DNA of 64,000 nt from Chloroflexota bacterium (GTDB taxonomy: Bacteria > Chloroflexota > UBA11872 > VXOZ01), in NCBI GenBank assembly GCA_963663275.1, contig OY760183.1:192001-256000 (forward strand), read 5' to 3'. The notes below the pieces were generated by a model. The model searched no databases. It saw nothing but the letters and a program-made list of their open reading frames with translations, and was not told the DNA's origin. Position 1 is the first letter of the stretch. Each line of letters begins with the position of its first letter. A program made the position numbers and the translations under genes. Below are positions 47,862 to 57,742 of the stretch, piece by piece.

Positions 47862-49490
47862 ATGACCCCTTCCGACCGGGCATCCCGCGCTCCCAGGTAC
47901 ACCTTCGCCGATACCCTCGACGCGCAGGAAGCCCAGCTTCGCGCTAACCCGCTGGTGCGGCGCATGGCCGCGTCCCGCAAGGCGCTGGCGGGCGACCCCC
48001 ACCGCCCGCTGTACCACTTCGTCAGTCCCGAGAACACACTGAACGACCCCAACGGGCTCTGCTTCTGGCAGGGACGCTGGCACCTCTTCTACCAGGGCTA
48101 CCCACCGGAAGACCCCCGGCCCCACTGGGGGCATGCCGTCAGCGACGACCTCATCCACTGGCGCGACCTGCCGTATGCTATCTACCCCGATCCGGAGGAG
48201 AGTTGCTACTCCGGCGGGACTCTCGTCGAAGACGATCGGGTCATAGCCATCTACCACGGGACGCAGGTGGGCAACATGGTCGCCGTCTCCCGCGACCCGC
48301 TCCTCCTCAACTGGGAGAAGGTCATAGGGCAGGCGGTCATCCCCATTCCGGCAGACGACGGCTCACCCAGAGAGTATGCGGTCTACGATCCCTGCATCTG
48401 GAAGCGCGGCGGCGTCTACTACTCCCTCTCCGGCGGCGCGCTAACCGACGGCCCCGGCGGCCGGCGCGTTGCCGCCGACTTCCTCTTCCGTTCGCGGGAT
48501 CTCGAAACCTGGGAGTACCTGCACCCCTTCACCGAGGATGACCGGTTCACGCTGGTGGGCGACGATGGCGCATGCCCCTATTTCTGGCCGATCGGCGACC
48601 GCCACATGCTCCTCTTCTTCAGCCACGTGAGCGGCGGCCAGTACCTGCTCGGCGACTACGACGAGGACCGCGACAAGCTGGTCGTCACCGCCCACGGCCT
48701 CTTCAACTTCGGCCCGGCGGTCCCGTCAGGCGTCCACGCTCCATCCGCCGCGCCCGACGGACAGGGCGGCATCATCGTGCTGTTCAACATGAACCCCGGA
48801 TTGCCCACCAAGGGCTGGAACCAGATCATGACCCTCCCCAGGCGTCTTACCCTGGCGGGAGACGACGACGTGCGCGTGGAGCCTACCGGCGACATCGAGT
48901 CCCTCAGGCATGACCACAGGCGCGTCGGGCCGATGGAACTCCCCGCCAACGAGGAAGTGGCGCTGGCAGGCATCGCGGGCAACGCGCTGGAACTGGCGCT
49001 GGAGCTCGACCCCGGCGCGGCGCCTATGGTCGAACTGAACGTCCTCCGGTCCCCGGGCCGGGAGGAGTACACGCGCATCGCCTTCTACAAGGATCGCGGC
49101 TTCAAGGTACAGCGCCCCGCCGTCCGGCCCGGCGCGGTGCACCACACCGGCCAGGTCGCCATCGGCGGCGCCACGCGCCCGCGGCCCGTCGACCGCTTTG
49201 AAAGCCTGCTGACCCTCGACTCTTCCTATTCGTCAACCCTGCCCGGCGCACTCTCCCGCGCTCCCGAGACGGCCCCTCTCCGGCTGGATCCGGACGAGCC
49301 GCTCAGGCTCCGGGTATTCGTCGACCGCAGCGTGGTAGAGGTCTTCGCGAACGGCAAACAATGCGCCGCGGTCCGCGTCTATCCCGGACGAGACGACAGC
49401 ACCGGCGTCTCCCTGCGCGCCCAAGGCAGCCCCGCCCACCTCCGTTCCCTCGACGCCTGGCAGATGCGGAGCATCTACACCCAGCATTAG
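47862..49490 (+). CDS. Glycoside hydrolase family 32
   Basis: LNDPNG, WHLFYQ, WGHAVSDDLIHW, DRSVVEVF; RDP and ECP motifs appear altered (YDP, ACP). Confidence 0.85.
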   Translation: MTPSDRASRAPRYTFADTLDAQEAQLRANPLVRRMAASRKALAGDPHRPLYHFVSPENTLNDPNGLCFWQGRWHLFYQGYPPEDPRPHWGHAVSDDLIHWRDLPYAIYPDPEESCYSGGTLVEDDRVIAIYHGTQVGNMVAVSRDPLLLNWEKVIGQAVIPIPADDGSPREYAVYDPCIWKRGGVYYSLSGGALTDGPGGRRVAADFLFRSRDLETWEYLHPFTEDDRFTLVGDDGACPYFWPIGDRHMLLFFSHVSGGQYLLGDYDEDRDKLVVTAHGLFNFGPAVPSGVHAPSAAPDGQGGIIVLFNMNPGLPTKGWNQIMTLPRRLTLAGDDDVRVEPTGDIESLRHDHRRVGPMELPANEEVALAGIAGNALELALELDPGAAPMVELNVLRSPGREEYTRIAFYKDRGFKVQRPAVRPGAVHHTGQVAIGGATRPRPVDRFESLLTLDSSYSSTLPGALSRAPETAPLRLDPDEPLRLRVFVDRSVVEVFANGKQCAAVRVYPGRDDSTGVSLRAQGSPAHLRSLDAWQMRSIYTQH

Positions 49491-49603
49491 GGCGGCCCGT
49501 CTCGGCGAGGTCGTCGTTTGCGGCTCGCCAGGCGCTGTACCGGCATTAGTCGCATTGTCCGGTTGTCGGCAAGCGCGCGCGGAGCGCCACTGGGTACACG
49601 AGT

Positions 49604-50458
49604 CTAGTCCTGCGTCACCTTCTGCCAGTCCGCGCTGGGTTCCAGGCCGCCGACGTTGGTCAGGGCCTGGTTCAGGCGGTACACCGTGTGGTTGCCGATG
49701 CGGGCCTGGAGCGGGTCCTGGCCCTGGAGCCAGATCGGCCACACCTTGTGCAGGTTGCCACCGAGTTGGATGCTATCGCCGGCGGCAATCTGGTAGACCA
49801 GGCCCCGCCGGGGCGTATCGCTGTGGTTCGGATACGAGGCGTGCAACATGCAGCAGTGGTGGATGGTCATCGAGCCGGCCGGCACCACCAGGTCCACCAC
49901 GTTGCCGCGCGCCGCGTCGTCCTCGTATTCACGCGGTTCGGTGCAGCGGCCGGTAAACTTGCCGCTCTCATCGTCGTAGTGGTCAACCGGCCCGCGCAGG
50001 TGGCTGCCGGGAATCACCCTCATGCAGCCATTCTCCGGCACGGCGTCGTCCAGCAGGAACATGCACGCCAGCAAGTCGTAGTTGGTGTGGGGGAAGAAGG
50101 GGAAGTCCTGGTGCCAGCCCACCTCGCCCTTGCCCTTGGCCGGCGGCTTCCAGTTGAGCTTGCAGTGCTGCAGGCGCAGATTCTCGCCAATAAGCTGCGT
50201 CACCGCCCCCAGCAACACCGGATGCTTTGCGGCCTGCATGAAGGCGTCGTCGAAGAGCGCCACGTTGTGGATTACCGCCAGGCGGTCGTCGCCGGCCAGG
50301 CGGGCGCGCTCTTCCTTTAGCCGTTCCGACGCCGCTTGCAGTCCCTGTAGTTCAGCCGCCGAGAGCACGTCTTCCAGGATGAGATACCCATGCCGCCGGT
50401 AGAACGCGACCTGGTCGTCGCTCAGGACCTTTTCCTGGGTTGCGGGAGACGTCGCCAT
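49604..50458 (-). CDS. PhyH family dioxygenase
   Basis: WHQDFP, ENGCMRVIPGSH, HASYPN...RR. Confidence 0.9.
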   Translation of the reverse strand: MATSPATQEKVLSDDQVAFYRRHGYLILEDVLSAAELQGLQAASERLKEERARLAGDDRLAVIHNVALFDDAFMQAAKHPVLLGAVTQLIGENLRLQHCKLNWKPPAKGKGEVGWHQDFPFFPHTNYDLLACMFLLDDAVPENGCMRVIPGSHLRGPVDHYDDESGKFTGRCTEPREYEDDAARGNVVDLVVPAGSMTIHHCCMLHASYPNHSDTPRRGLVYQIAAGDSIQLGGNLHKVWPIWLQGQDPLQARIGNHTVYRLNQALTNVGGLEPSADWQKVTQD

Positions 50459-50644
50459 GGGTTATCTGCTCCTTGATTACCGTCGTAAACATGTTTGGCG
50501 CACGTGTGCCTATCGGACAAGGGTATGGTGACACCGGATCAGTTCCAGCACAAGCCCGTAGTCCGTCAATCTATGGAAATTACGCCACGTGGCCGTCTTT
50601 CCCGCGAAAGCGGGAAGCCATCTTCAGAGTTGCGTGTGTGACAT

Positions 50645-50813
50645 GCCATTGCGGGGGACAAGCCCCCGCGCTACGTTTACTACATGTGCCATTCGCCATT
50701 GCGGGGGACAAGCTCCCGCGCTACGTTAACTACGTCTGCCATTCGCCATGCGGGGGACAAGCCCCCGCGCTACGTTAACGCGACAGCATTGGGGACACGT
50801 CCCCGCGCTACGT
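50645..50813. repeat. Cluster of four GCGGGGGACAAGCCCCCGCGCTAC REPs plus a MITE C end
   Basis: About 50-bp period; TTAACGCGACAGCATTG at ~50775-50791. Confidence 0.85.
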
Positions 50814-50874
50814 TCTCCCTGCCGTTCACGCGAACCCTGGACTCCGGCGTTCGCCGGCGTGACGGAACAGCGGC

Positions 50875-51705
50875 TCACTTCTCGCTCGGTTCCAAGCCAC
50901 CGGCGTTGGTGAGCGGACGACTCAGCCGGAAGACCGTGCCGTCTCCCATGCGCGCGCGCAGCGGATCCTCGCCCTGGAGCCAAAGCGGCCACACCTTGTA
51001 CAGATGGCCGCCGAGTTGGATGCTGTCGCCGGCGGCAATCTGGTAGATCAGGCCCCGCCGGGGCGTGTCGCTGTTGTTGGGATAAGAAGAATGCACGATG
51101 CAGCAGTGGTGGATCGTGATCGAACCGGCCGGCGCGATAAGGTCCACTACGTTGCCGCGCGCCAGATCGTCAGCGTAGTCCGCCGGATCGGTGCAGTGTC
51201 GCGCGAAAGTCCCATCCGCGGCAAAATGGTCGACCGGGCCGCGCAGATGGCTGCCGGGAATCACGCGCATGCAACCGTTCTCCGGCACGGAGTCGTCCAG
51301 AAGGATCATACAAGCAAGCAGGTCAAAGTTGGTGTGAGGCAGAAATGGAAAATCCTGGTGCCAGTCCACCTCGCCGGCGCCTTTGGTGGGCGGTTTCCAG
51401 TTCAGCTTGCAGTGCTGCAGGCGCAAGTTTGCGCCGATGAGCTGTGTCACCGCAGCCAGCATCAGCGGATGGCGCGCAGCGCGCATGAAGGCGTCGTCCA
51501 GCAGCGCAAAGTCCATGATGGCGACGATATTGTCCTTGCCGCCCCGCCGGACGCGCTCATCGCGCAGGCCCTCTGTGGCAACGCGCAGTTCTTGCAATTC
51601 AGCCACAGACAGCACGTTTTCGAGGATCAGGTAGCCGTGCCGGTGGTAGAAGGCGACCTGATCGTCGTTTAAGACCTTATCCTGCGTAGCGGTAGCGTTT
51701 CCCAT
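50875..51705 (-). CDS. PhyH family dioxygenase (tandem paralog)
   Basis: Colinear with 49604-50458. Confidence 0.9.
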   Translation of the reverse strand: MGNATATQDKVLNDDQVAFYHRHGYLILENVLSVAELQELRVATEGLRDERVRRGGKDNIVAIMDFALLDDAFMRAARHPLMLAAVTQLIGANLRLQHCKLNWKPPTKGAGEVDWHQDFPFLPHTNFDLLACMILLDDSVPENGCMRVIPGSHLRGPVDHFAADGTFARHCTDPADYADDLARGNVVDLIAPAGSITIHHCCIVHSSYPNNSDTPRRGLIYQIAAGDSIQLGGHLYKVWPLWLQGEDPLRARMGDGTVFRLSRPLTNAGGLEPSEK

Positions 51706-51763
51706 TACGTCTATCTCTTCAGCGGGTGATTCGAGCGATTCTTGCACAAAATCAAAGCGCGCT

Positions 51764-52825
51764 TCACTCTTGCAGCCAGCGGTCAAGGAAGGCGAACGAC
51801 TCAATCCCGTGGATTACGTGCGGGCCATCGAAGACGCCGAGTTCGACCCGCTCCGGTATCCCCAGCCGCGCGTAGATAGCCTGGAGTTGCGCAAACTCCT
51901 CCTTCACGTGCTCCAGCCAGAACACCCGGTCTTCCGTGCCCGCCTCCACGAAGAACGGGCGCGGGCAGATGAGCGCGCCGATGTCGCAATCGGAAAACTC
52001 GTTCAACTGGCCCCAGAAGAACTTATCGTCATCGCCGGTTTGGATGAAGGACGTATAGTGGGGTGACGGCTCGATCATCTTCGGCGCGCGGTTGGTGAAG
52101 TAGCCGGAGCAGACGCAGGCGGCGATGCGCTCGTCGGCGGCCGCGGCCCAGAGGGCCATCATGCCGCCCTGGGAGATGCCCATGTAGCCGATACGGTTGT
52201 TGTCAACCTCCGGCAGGGTCTCCAGGAAGTCCACCACGCGCATCACCTTGCCCACTTCCAAACCCATCAGTTGCCGCGCGATGAGCGACGCCTTGCGGTT
52301 GGTGCGCGAGCGGTCCGGCGTGTTGTTCATCACCAGCGGAGCAAAGACCACGTAGCCTTTTTCGGCCAGGCGCAGGCCGAAGTCGCGCAGATACGCGGTC
52401 TCGTCCAGTTCGTAGTAGCCGCAGGTGGCTTCCGGCGAGCCGGAAAAGCCGTGCTGGGCGATGACGGCCGGTTTCGGGCCGGCGGGTTGCGCGGGCACGA
52501 GCAGCACGCCGTAAGCGTGGACGCCTGCATCGACCGGCAGCCAGACGCGCCGCGCCGCGATGCCCGGGCGCTCCGGCAAGTCCTGCGCACGCGGTTCCGG
52601 CGGCGCGGCGGCGCGCGGCACGCCGCCCATGAGGCGCCAAAACCGTGCCCGGTTCTCCGCCACCGATTGGCGATAGGCCTCGGGCGAACGAAAGTCCCGC
52701 TGCCACGCGCGCTCGCGGGTCTCCGCTGCCGCGTAGACCAGAGCGGCGTAGTAGCGGTCTATTTCGGCTACCTGCTCCTGGCGAATGGCTTCGGCGTCAC
52801 CGGGTGTAACGCCAAGATCGGCCAT
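51764..52825 (-). CDS. Alpha/beta hydrolase (dienelactone hydrolase / acetyl esterase-like)
   Basis: AVIAQHG, GISQGG nucleophile elbow, LICPRP, GPH. Confidence 0.85.
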   Translation of the reverse strand: MADLGVTPGDAEAIRQEQVAEIDRYYAALVYAAAETRERAWQRDFRSPEAYRQSVAENRARFWRLMGGVPRAAAPPEPRAQDLPERPGIAARRVWLPVDAGVHAYGVLLVPAQPAGPKPAVIAQHGFSGSPEATCGYYELDETAYLRDFGLRLAEKGYVVFAPLVMNNTPDRSRTNRKASLIARQLMGLEVGKVMRVVDFLETLPEVDNNRIGYMGISQGGMMALWAAAADERIAACVCSGYFTNRAPKMIEPSPHYTSFIQTGDDDKFFWGQLNEFSDCDIGALICPRPFFVEAGTEDRVFWLEHVKEEFAQLQAIYARLGIPERVELGVFDGPHVIHGIESFAFLDRWLQE

Positions 52826-52937
52826 GCTCCTTGCCTTTCACGATGCTTTATCCGATGTTTCACCCCTCACCCTAGCCCTCTCCCTGAGGGAGAGGGGACA
52901 GGAGTTGCGATCCTGCACCGAGTCTCTGGCAACGGTT

Positions 52938-53020
52938 CAGTTGACCGGCTGCCTGGTGCGGTTAACCGACCTCCCGGTTTGGTCAACCGACCTGCCTGGT
53001 GCGGTCAACCGGCTGCCTGA
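52938..53020. repeat. ~21-bp tandem repeat, 4 copies
   Basis: GGT(C/T)AACCG(A/G)C(C)TGCCTGGT units. Confidence 0.7.
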
Positions 53021-53027
53021 AACGCGC

Positions 53028-53118
53028 GTAGGGGCACGACATGTCGTGCCCCTACGTTGCGCGGGCTTCCCGTGAATGGTGTTCCAAGAACAACAAACAC
53101 CATGCGTCGTGCCCCTAC
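53028..53118. repeat. GTAG REP GTAGGGGCACGACATGTCGTGCCCCTAC plus a partial partner
   Basis: Perfect 28-bp palindrome at 53028-53055. Confidence 0.85.
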
Positions 53119-53133
53119 GTATCGCGGGCTTGA

Positions 53134-54507
53134 CTACTGCCTGCTGGCGTTGTACTCATCCAGGATGGCCTGGGCCTCGCCTTGGGCCGTGCGCGTCGCC
53201 TCCTCCGGCGTCAGAGTCGGATTGGCGTTCGTCGCCTCACGGGCGTTCTTCCACAGGGGGCCGGCCAGATCGCCGCCAATGGGATGGAGCAAGAAAGGAA
53301 TGGCGGTTTCCATCGCGCGCAGGTACTCGACGATTCTCTCTCCGGGCGGCAGGTCCAGATTGATGAATGCGTCGCTCTCGGCAATCGACTTGATCGTCGG
53401 CGTGGTATCGCCGTTGCGGGCGGCCGTATCCAGTTGCTCCGGCCCGCAGATCCACGAGGCGAATTCCCAGCCGTGGTCCAGCACCTTGCTACCGTCCACC
53501 AGGGCGATTTCCTCGGTGTAGAGCGCGCCGTTGCGGGTCGGTTCACCTTCGAAATCGATGTACGGGATAGGATGGAGCGTCCAATTGAACTGCGCGTCGG
53601 TGCGGAAACTGGGCACCAGCCAGTTGTAGCCCGCGTAGATGGTGACCTTCTGGTTCTTGAAGTGATCGAAGATCGTCTCTTCCTTGGCATCGTCCCCATA
53701 GGCTTCCACCTGGTGCTTGTGGTACAGGTCTGCCTGCGTCCTGATCAGTTCGGTGCGCACCGGCGCGTCCCAACTCATCGTCTGCCACTCGTTGTTCACG
53801 GAACCCTGATCGCGGCCATAGGAGACGTACCAGGTAGACCAATACCAGAAGCGCGTCGAGACGCCCCACTTGCCGTTGGGGGCATCGGTGAGTTTGGCGC
53901 CAATGTCGATCATGTCCCCGAAGGTCCAGTCGTCGGCCGGCAACTCGATGCCCGCCGCCGCGAGCGAATCGAGGTTAAGGGCCATCACCGGCGTCAGGAT
54001 GCCCAGCGGCAGCGCATGCAACGTGCCGTTCCAGGTGACACCGTCGATGGCGGCTTTGTAATAGTCGTTCAGGTCCAGGCCCGACGCCTTGACATAGGGC
54101 TCCAGCGGCAGGAAGACACCTTCTTCGCCCCAGCGCGCCCAGCCCCAGCCATGCCAGGTAACGTCCAGCAAGCCGCCGCCGGCCGCGGCGTTCGTGCCGA
54201 TGCGGTCGTTCAGCGCCGTATCGAGAATCGTGGAGATGGTTACGTTGGGATTCTTCTCTTCGTAGGCGTTAACCAGGCGTTCGTACCAGCGCTCTTTGGC
54301 CGGCGAATAGGGCGGCCACATGAACTGAATGGTCACCTGCTCGGCTACGGGCGCCTCTTCGGCCTTCTTCTCTTCCGCCGGTTCTGCCGCTTTTTCTTCC
54401 ATGGCCTCGCCCGTCGTCGCTACCTGGCCGCACGCGGCCAGGGTTACGGCGCCGAAAGCGGCGGCGGAACCTGCCAGCATTGCACGTCTGCTCATCTGAG
54501 AACGCAT
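53134..54507 (-). CDS. Extracellular solute-binding Tat lipoprotein (orphan)
   Basis: SRRAML, LAACG, DWTFGD. Confidence 0.85.
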   Translation of the reverse strand: MRSQMSRRAMLAGSAAAFGAVTLAACGQVATTGEAMEEKAAEPAEEKKAEEAPVAEQVTIQFMWPPYSPAKERWYERLVNAYEEKNPNVTISTILDTALNDRIGTNAAAGGGLLDVTWHGWGWARWGEEGVFLPLEPYVKASGLDLNDYYKAAIDGVTWNGTLHALPLGILTPVMALNLDSLAAAGIELPADDWTFGDMIDIGAKLTDAPNGKWGVSTRFWYWSTWYVSYGRDQGSVNNEWQTMSWDAPVRTELIRTQADLYHKHQVEAYGDDAKEETIFDHFKNQKVTIYAGYNWLVPSFRTDAQFNWTLHPIPYIDFEGEPTRNGALYTEEIALVDGSKVLDHGWEFASWICGPEQLDTAARNGDTTPTIKSIAESDAFINLDLPPGERIVEYLRAMETAIPFLLHPIGGDLAGPLWKNAREATNANPTLTPEEATRTAQGEAQAILDEYNASRQ

Positions 54508-54812
54508 GATTCCCTCTCCTTATGCGGCGCAGTCTTCCACGGCGCCGCCTTCCTAGAGATACTTCCCCGTGCTTAGACCCGGCTTTGGCAACCCGACGTT
54601 GCCGCTTGTGCGCGCGCACACCTCCCTTTCCCCATGCGGCGTATTCCTGGCAATCATCCTACCTGATGCGCAACGTATTGGCAATAGTATGTACGGAAAT
54701 CTACCGGCAGACCCGTGCGCAACCTCGATTGGCACGGGTTGAAACTCCCTCTCCCTGGGGAGAGGGCCGGGGTGAGGGGAAACCATCGAGGCAGCGCCAC
54801 GTTGACCGCGTA

Positions 54813-56315
54813 CTAGGCGAACATCTCCGCCAGGTTTGCCGCCGCGATGCGCGCCTCGTCCCAGGGCAAGGACTCATCGCCCCAGATGATCGAATGCTCG
54901 TGGCCCTTGCCGGCCAGCAGCACGGTATCGCCCGGCCGGGCCTGCTTGAACGCGGCGCGGAACGCCTGCGTCCGGTTCACGCTCACGCTGTAGTCCCGGC
55001 CGTAGACGCAGCCGGCCTGGAGCGCGCCCGCCTCGATTTCGCGGCAGATGGCGTCCGGGTCTTCGCTGCGGGGGTCCTCGCTGGTGATGACGAAGTAGTC
55101 GGCGTGCCGCGCCGCGACCGCGCCCATGAGCGCCCGTTTCTCCACGTCGCGCTCGCCGGCGCTGCCAAAGACGACCACGAGCCGCCCCGGCGTCACGCCG
55201 CGCAGGGCGTCCAGCACCAGGCGCAGGCTGTTGGGCGTGTGTGCGTAGTCCACGATTACCGCGAACGGCTGGCCGGCGCTGATCACCTGCATGCGGCCGG
55301 GCACGCCGGGGAAGGTACCGATTGCCGAAGCAGCCGCGTCGAGCGGCACGCCCAGCCCGGTGACGACGGCCAGCGCCGCCAGGGTATTCGCCGCGTTGAA
55401 ACGGCAGACCAGCGGCGAGCGCACGGACGCTTGGCCTTCCGGCGTTGTCACGGTGAACGCGGTGCGGTCCGCGCCCAGCGCCAGATCCGTTGCGCGCACG
55501 TCCGCATCTTCAGCAAAGCCAAACGTCCGGAGGCCGGGCGGCATCAGTCCGGCGAAGTACGCGAAGTTTTCATCGTCGGCGTTGAGCACGCTCACCCGGG
55601 GAAACGGCTTGCTTTGGTCCCGCGCCCGCACCCGCTGGAAGAGCAGACCCTTCGCCTCGCGGTATGCTGCGAACGTCTTGTGAAAATCCAGGTGCTCGTG
55701 GGTGAGGTTCGTCAGCACGGCGGCGTCGATCTGCGCCGCGTCCAGCTTGTGGAGCGCCAAACCGTGGGAACTGGCCTCCACCACCGCGTGCGTGCCGCCC
55801 CGCGCCCGTATATCCCGCAACATGCGCTGCAAATCCGAGGCGTGCTGGGTGGTGAGGCGCGTCTCGTTGGGCGTCTCCCGCCGGCTGTCGTGGAAAGCCA
55901 CCGTGGTGATCACGCCGGTGGGATGCCCGCATTCGCGCAGGATATGACCGATGAGCGTGGACGTGGTGCTCTTGCCGTCGGTGCCGGTGACGCCGATGAC
56001 GCAAAGTTCCTGTGAAGGGTCGCCGTAGAACGCCGCCGCCACTTGCCCGATTGCCGTCCACGTATCCGGCACAAGCGCCTGCGTGACGCGCTCCGGCAGT
56101 TCCAGAGGCCGCGCAACGAGGACGGCGGTAGCGCCGTTCTCCACCGCGGCCGCGGCAAAGTCGTGCCCGTCGCGGTGCAAGCCTTTCAACGCTATGAAAA
56201 GCGCCCCGGCCCGCGCCTCACGCGAGTCGTAGCAAAGCTGCGCTATGGGAACATCCACCGCGCCGGTGAGCACCTGCGCTTCCGGCACGGCGGCGAGGAG
56301 TTCAGAGAGTTGCAT
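54813..56315 (-). CDS. murE: UDP-MurNAc-L-Ala-D-Glu ligase
   Basis: GVTGTDGKST, EASSHG, HEHLDFH, VDYAHTP, LAGKGHE; EDPR in place of DNPR. Confidence 0.95.
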   Translation of the reverse strand: MQLSELLAAVPEAQVLTGAVDVPIAQLCYDSREARAGALFIALKGLHRDGHDFAAAAVENGATAVLVARPLELPERVTQALVPDTWTAIGQVAAAFYGDPSQELCVIGVTGTDGKSTTSTLIGHILRECGHPTGVITTVAFHDSRRETPNETRLTTQHASDLQRMLRDIRARGGTHAVVEASSHGLALHKLDAAQIDAAVLTNLTHEHLDFHKTFAAYREAKGLLFQRVRARDQSKPFPRVSVLNADDENFAYFAGLMPPGLRTFGFAEDADVRATDLALGADRTAFTVTTPEGQASVRSPLVCRFNAANTLAALAVVTGLGVPLDAAASAIGTFPGVPGRMQVISAGQPFAVIVDYAHTPNSLRLVLDALRGVTPGRLVVVFGSAGERDVEKRALMGAVAARHADYFVITSEDPRSEDPDAICREIEAGALQAGCVYGRDYSVSVNRTQAFRAAFKQARPGDTVLLAGKGHEHSIIWGDESLPWDEARIAAANLAEMFA

Positions 56316-56529
56316 GGCTCACTATCTGCTCCTGACGCATTAGCTCTTGCGCTTCGACAGGCTCAGCGCGAACGGTTTGTCAGTTTCAAGAATCATCGCT
56401 ATTGCCTAACTTCCATCAATTGTAGCGCAGCGGCGAAAGAGTACAGTTTTTGGAAATTCTGCACGTCCGGCGCAGAATTGAGTTGCAGTTACATGGTAAG
56501 GCTCGGTAGGAGTCTCGGCTGAAGTGCCT

Positions 56530-57075
56530 TTAGCTCTCCATCGGAAAGGGCCTACAGGTGCGCCGCAATCTGAGCGGATGCGCCGGTTCGCCTGCTTTTG
56601 TAATGCCAAGAGCGTGGAGCGGTCGCGGGAAGGCTTGGCGGAATGCCTGGGCGCGCCCTTGCCACGCGCCGTGCACGCCCCACGCCGCGATCACCAACTC
56701 CGCTTCCTCTGCCAGTTCGCGCAGCGCGCTGTCGTTGTCCCGGCCAATCGGGTCGACCACCGACCGTAACACCTCAGGATACGGTGTGCGCCACGCAAAC
56801 AGATTGCCCACGCGCACGCCGCCGTAGCCCCAGTCGCGGGCGAAGCCGATGCAGCGCCGGATGGTGGGGTCGTTCCGGGTCGCGTCCGCCGTGGAGGGGT
56901 TGAGCATGATGAACATGACCAGCGGGGCGTCAGCGTCCCACGTCCGCCAGAGCGTGTAGCGATAGCGGCCGCACGGGGAAAACTCAGCGCCGCTCCCCAT
57001 GGGCGCCATTCCACGTGCGCTGTTCACCGCGCCTGCCCCATTGCGCATACGCCCGGCAAGAGCTGAGGAATCCAT
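56530..57075 (-). CDS. DUF1643 family protein
   Basis: YRYTLWRTW, FIMLNPSTAD, DPTIRRC, NLFA, AAWG, PAHPL. Confidence 0.88.
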   Translation of the reverse strand: MDSSALAGRMRNGAGAVNSARGMAPMGSGAEFSPCGRYRYTLWRTWDADAPLVMFIMLNPSTADATRNDPTIRRCIGFARDWGYGGVRVGNLFAWRTPYPEVLRSVVDPIGRDNDSALRELAEEAELVIAAWGVHGAWQGRAQAFRQAFPRPLHALGITKAGEPAHPLRLRRTCRPFPMES

Positions 57076-57458
57076 TTCTCATGCATCCATCGGCTTCACG
57101 ATAGGCAAACTCTGGCCGCCAGGACCGTTCAGTGTGATGATAGCACTGCGTTCAGCGGGAACTGAAGAGTTCGACCAATTCGTTGGCAGAATCCCGCTCT
57201 TCTCAAGAGTGTTGACCGTTCACGTCATTCCGAGCGCGGCGAGGAGTCCAGGAGCCATGCCGCGCGCGGGCTGATAGGCCCAGCGCCTTAGATTCCTCAC
57301 TGCGCTGCGCTCCGTTCGGAATGACATGCATACACGCCATGGATAGTTTCGTTTTTCCATTCTCTCTGTACGGAATTCTCTTTGTACAGAATCCGTAAAC
57401 GGACTTTCTGGCGATCACACGCCGGATTTCCGCTTGCGGCGGCATGGCGGCAGCAGGC

Positions 57459-57581
57459 GCAGGTTGCAAACCTACGCTACCCCGAGCACGGCCGGCAGCC
57501 GGGGAGGACGCAGGTTGTAAACCCGCGCTACCCGGGAGGCGGCCGGCAGCCGGGCAGACGCAGGTTGCAAACCTGCGCTAC
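57459..57581. repeat. Three tandem GTAG REPs (~51-bp period)
   Basis: CGCAGGTTG(C/T)AAACC(T/C)(G/A)CGCTAC, 3 copies. Confidence 0.85.
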
Positions 57582-57742
57582 CGGAGCGAAACCGCCTACG
57601 GCATCTACTCTGCATAGCAATTGCGGGTCGACCTGGCGCGCTGCCGGCGGCGCTGGTTTGGCCGGCGCGAAGGCGGTACCATACGGCGTAGCCGACCGTT
57701 CGTGCGTCGCCGGCCCCAGCAACACGCAGGAGCACCCACGCC

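Noticed and set aside
50645-50813. Possible CRISPR array (regularly spaced 24-bp repeats; also 57459-57581 and 832-1006)
   Set aside because: Units are GTAG REP palindromes dispersed across the window, the spacers resemble each other, and no cas genes are present.
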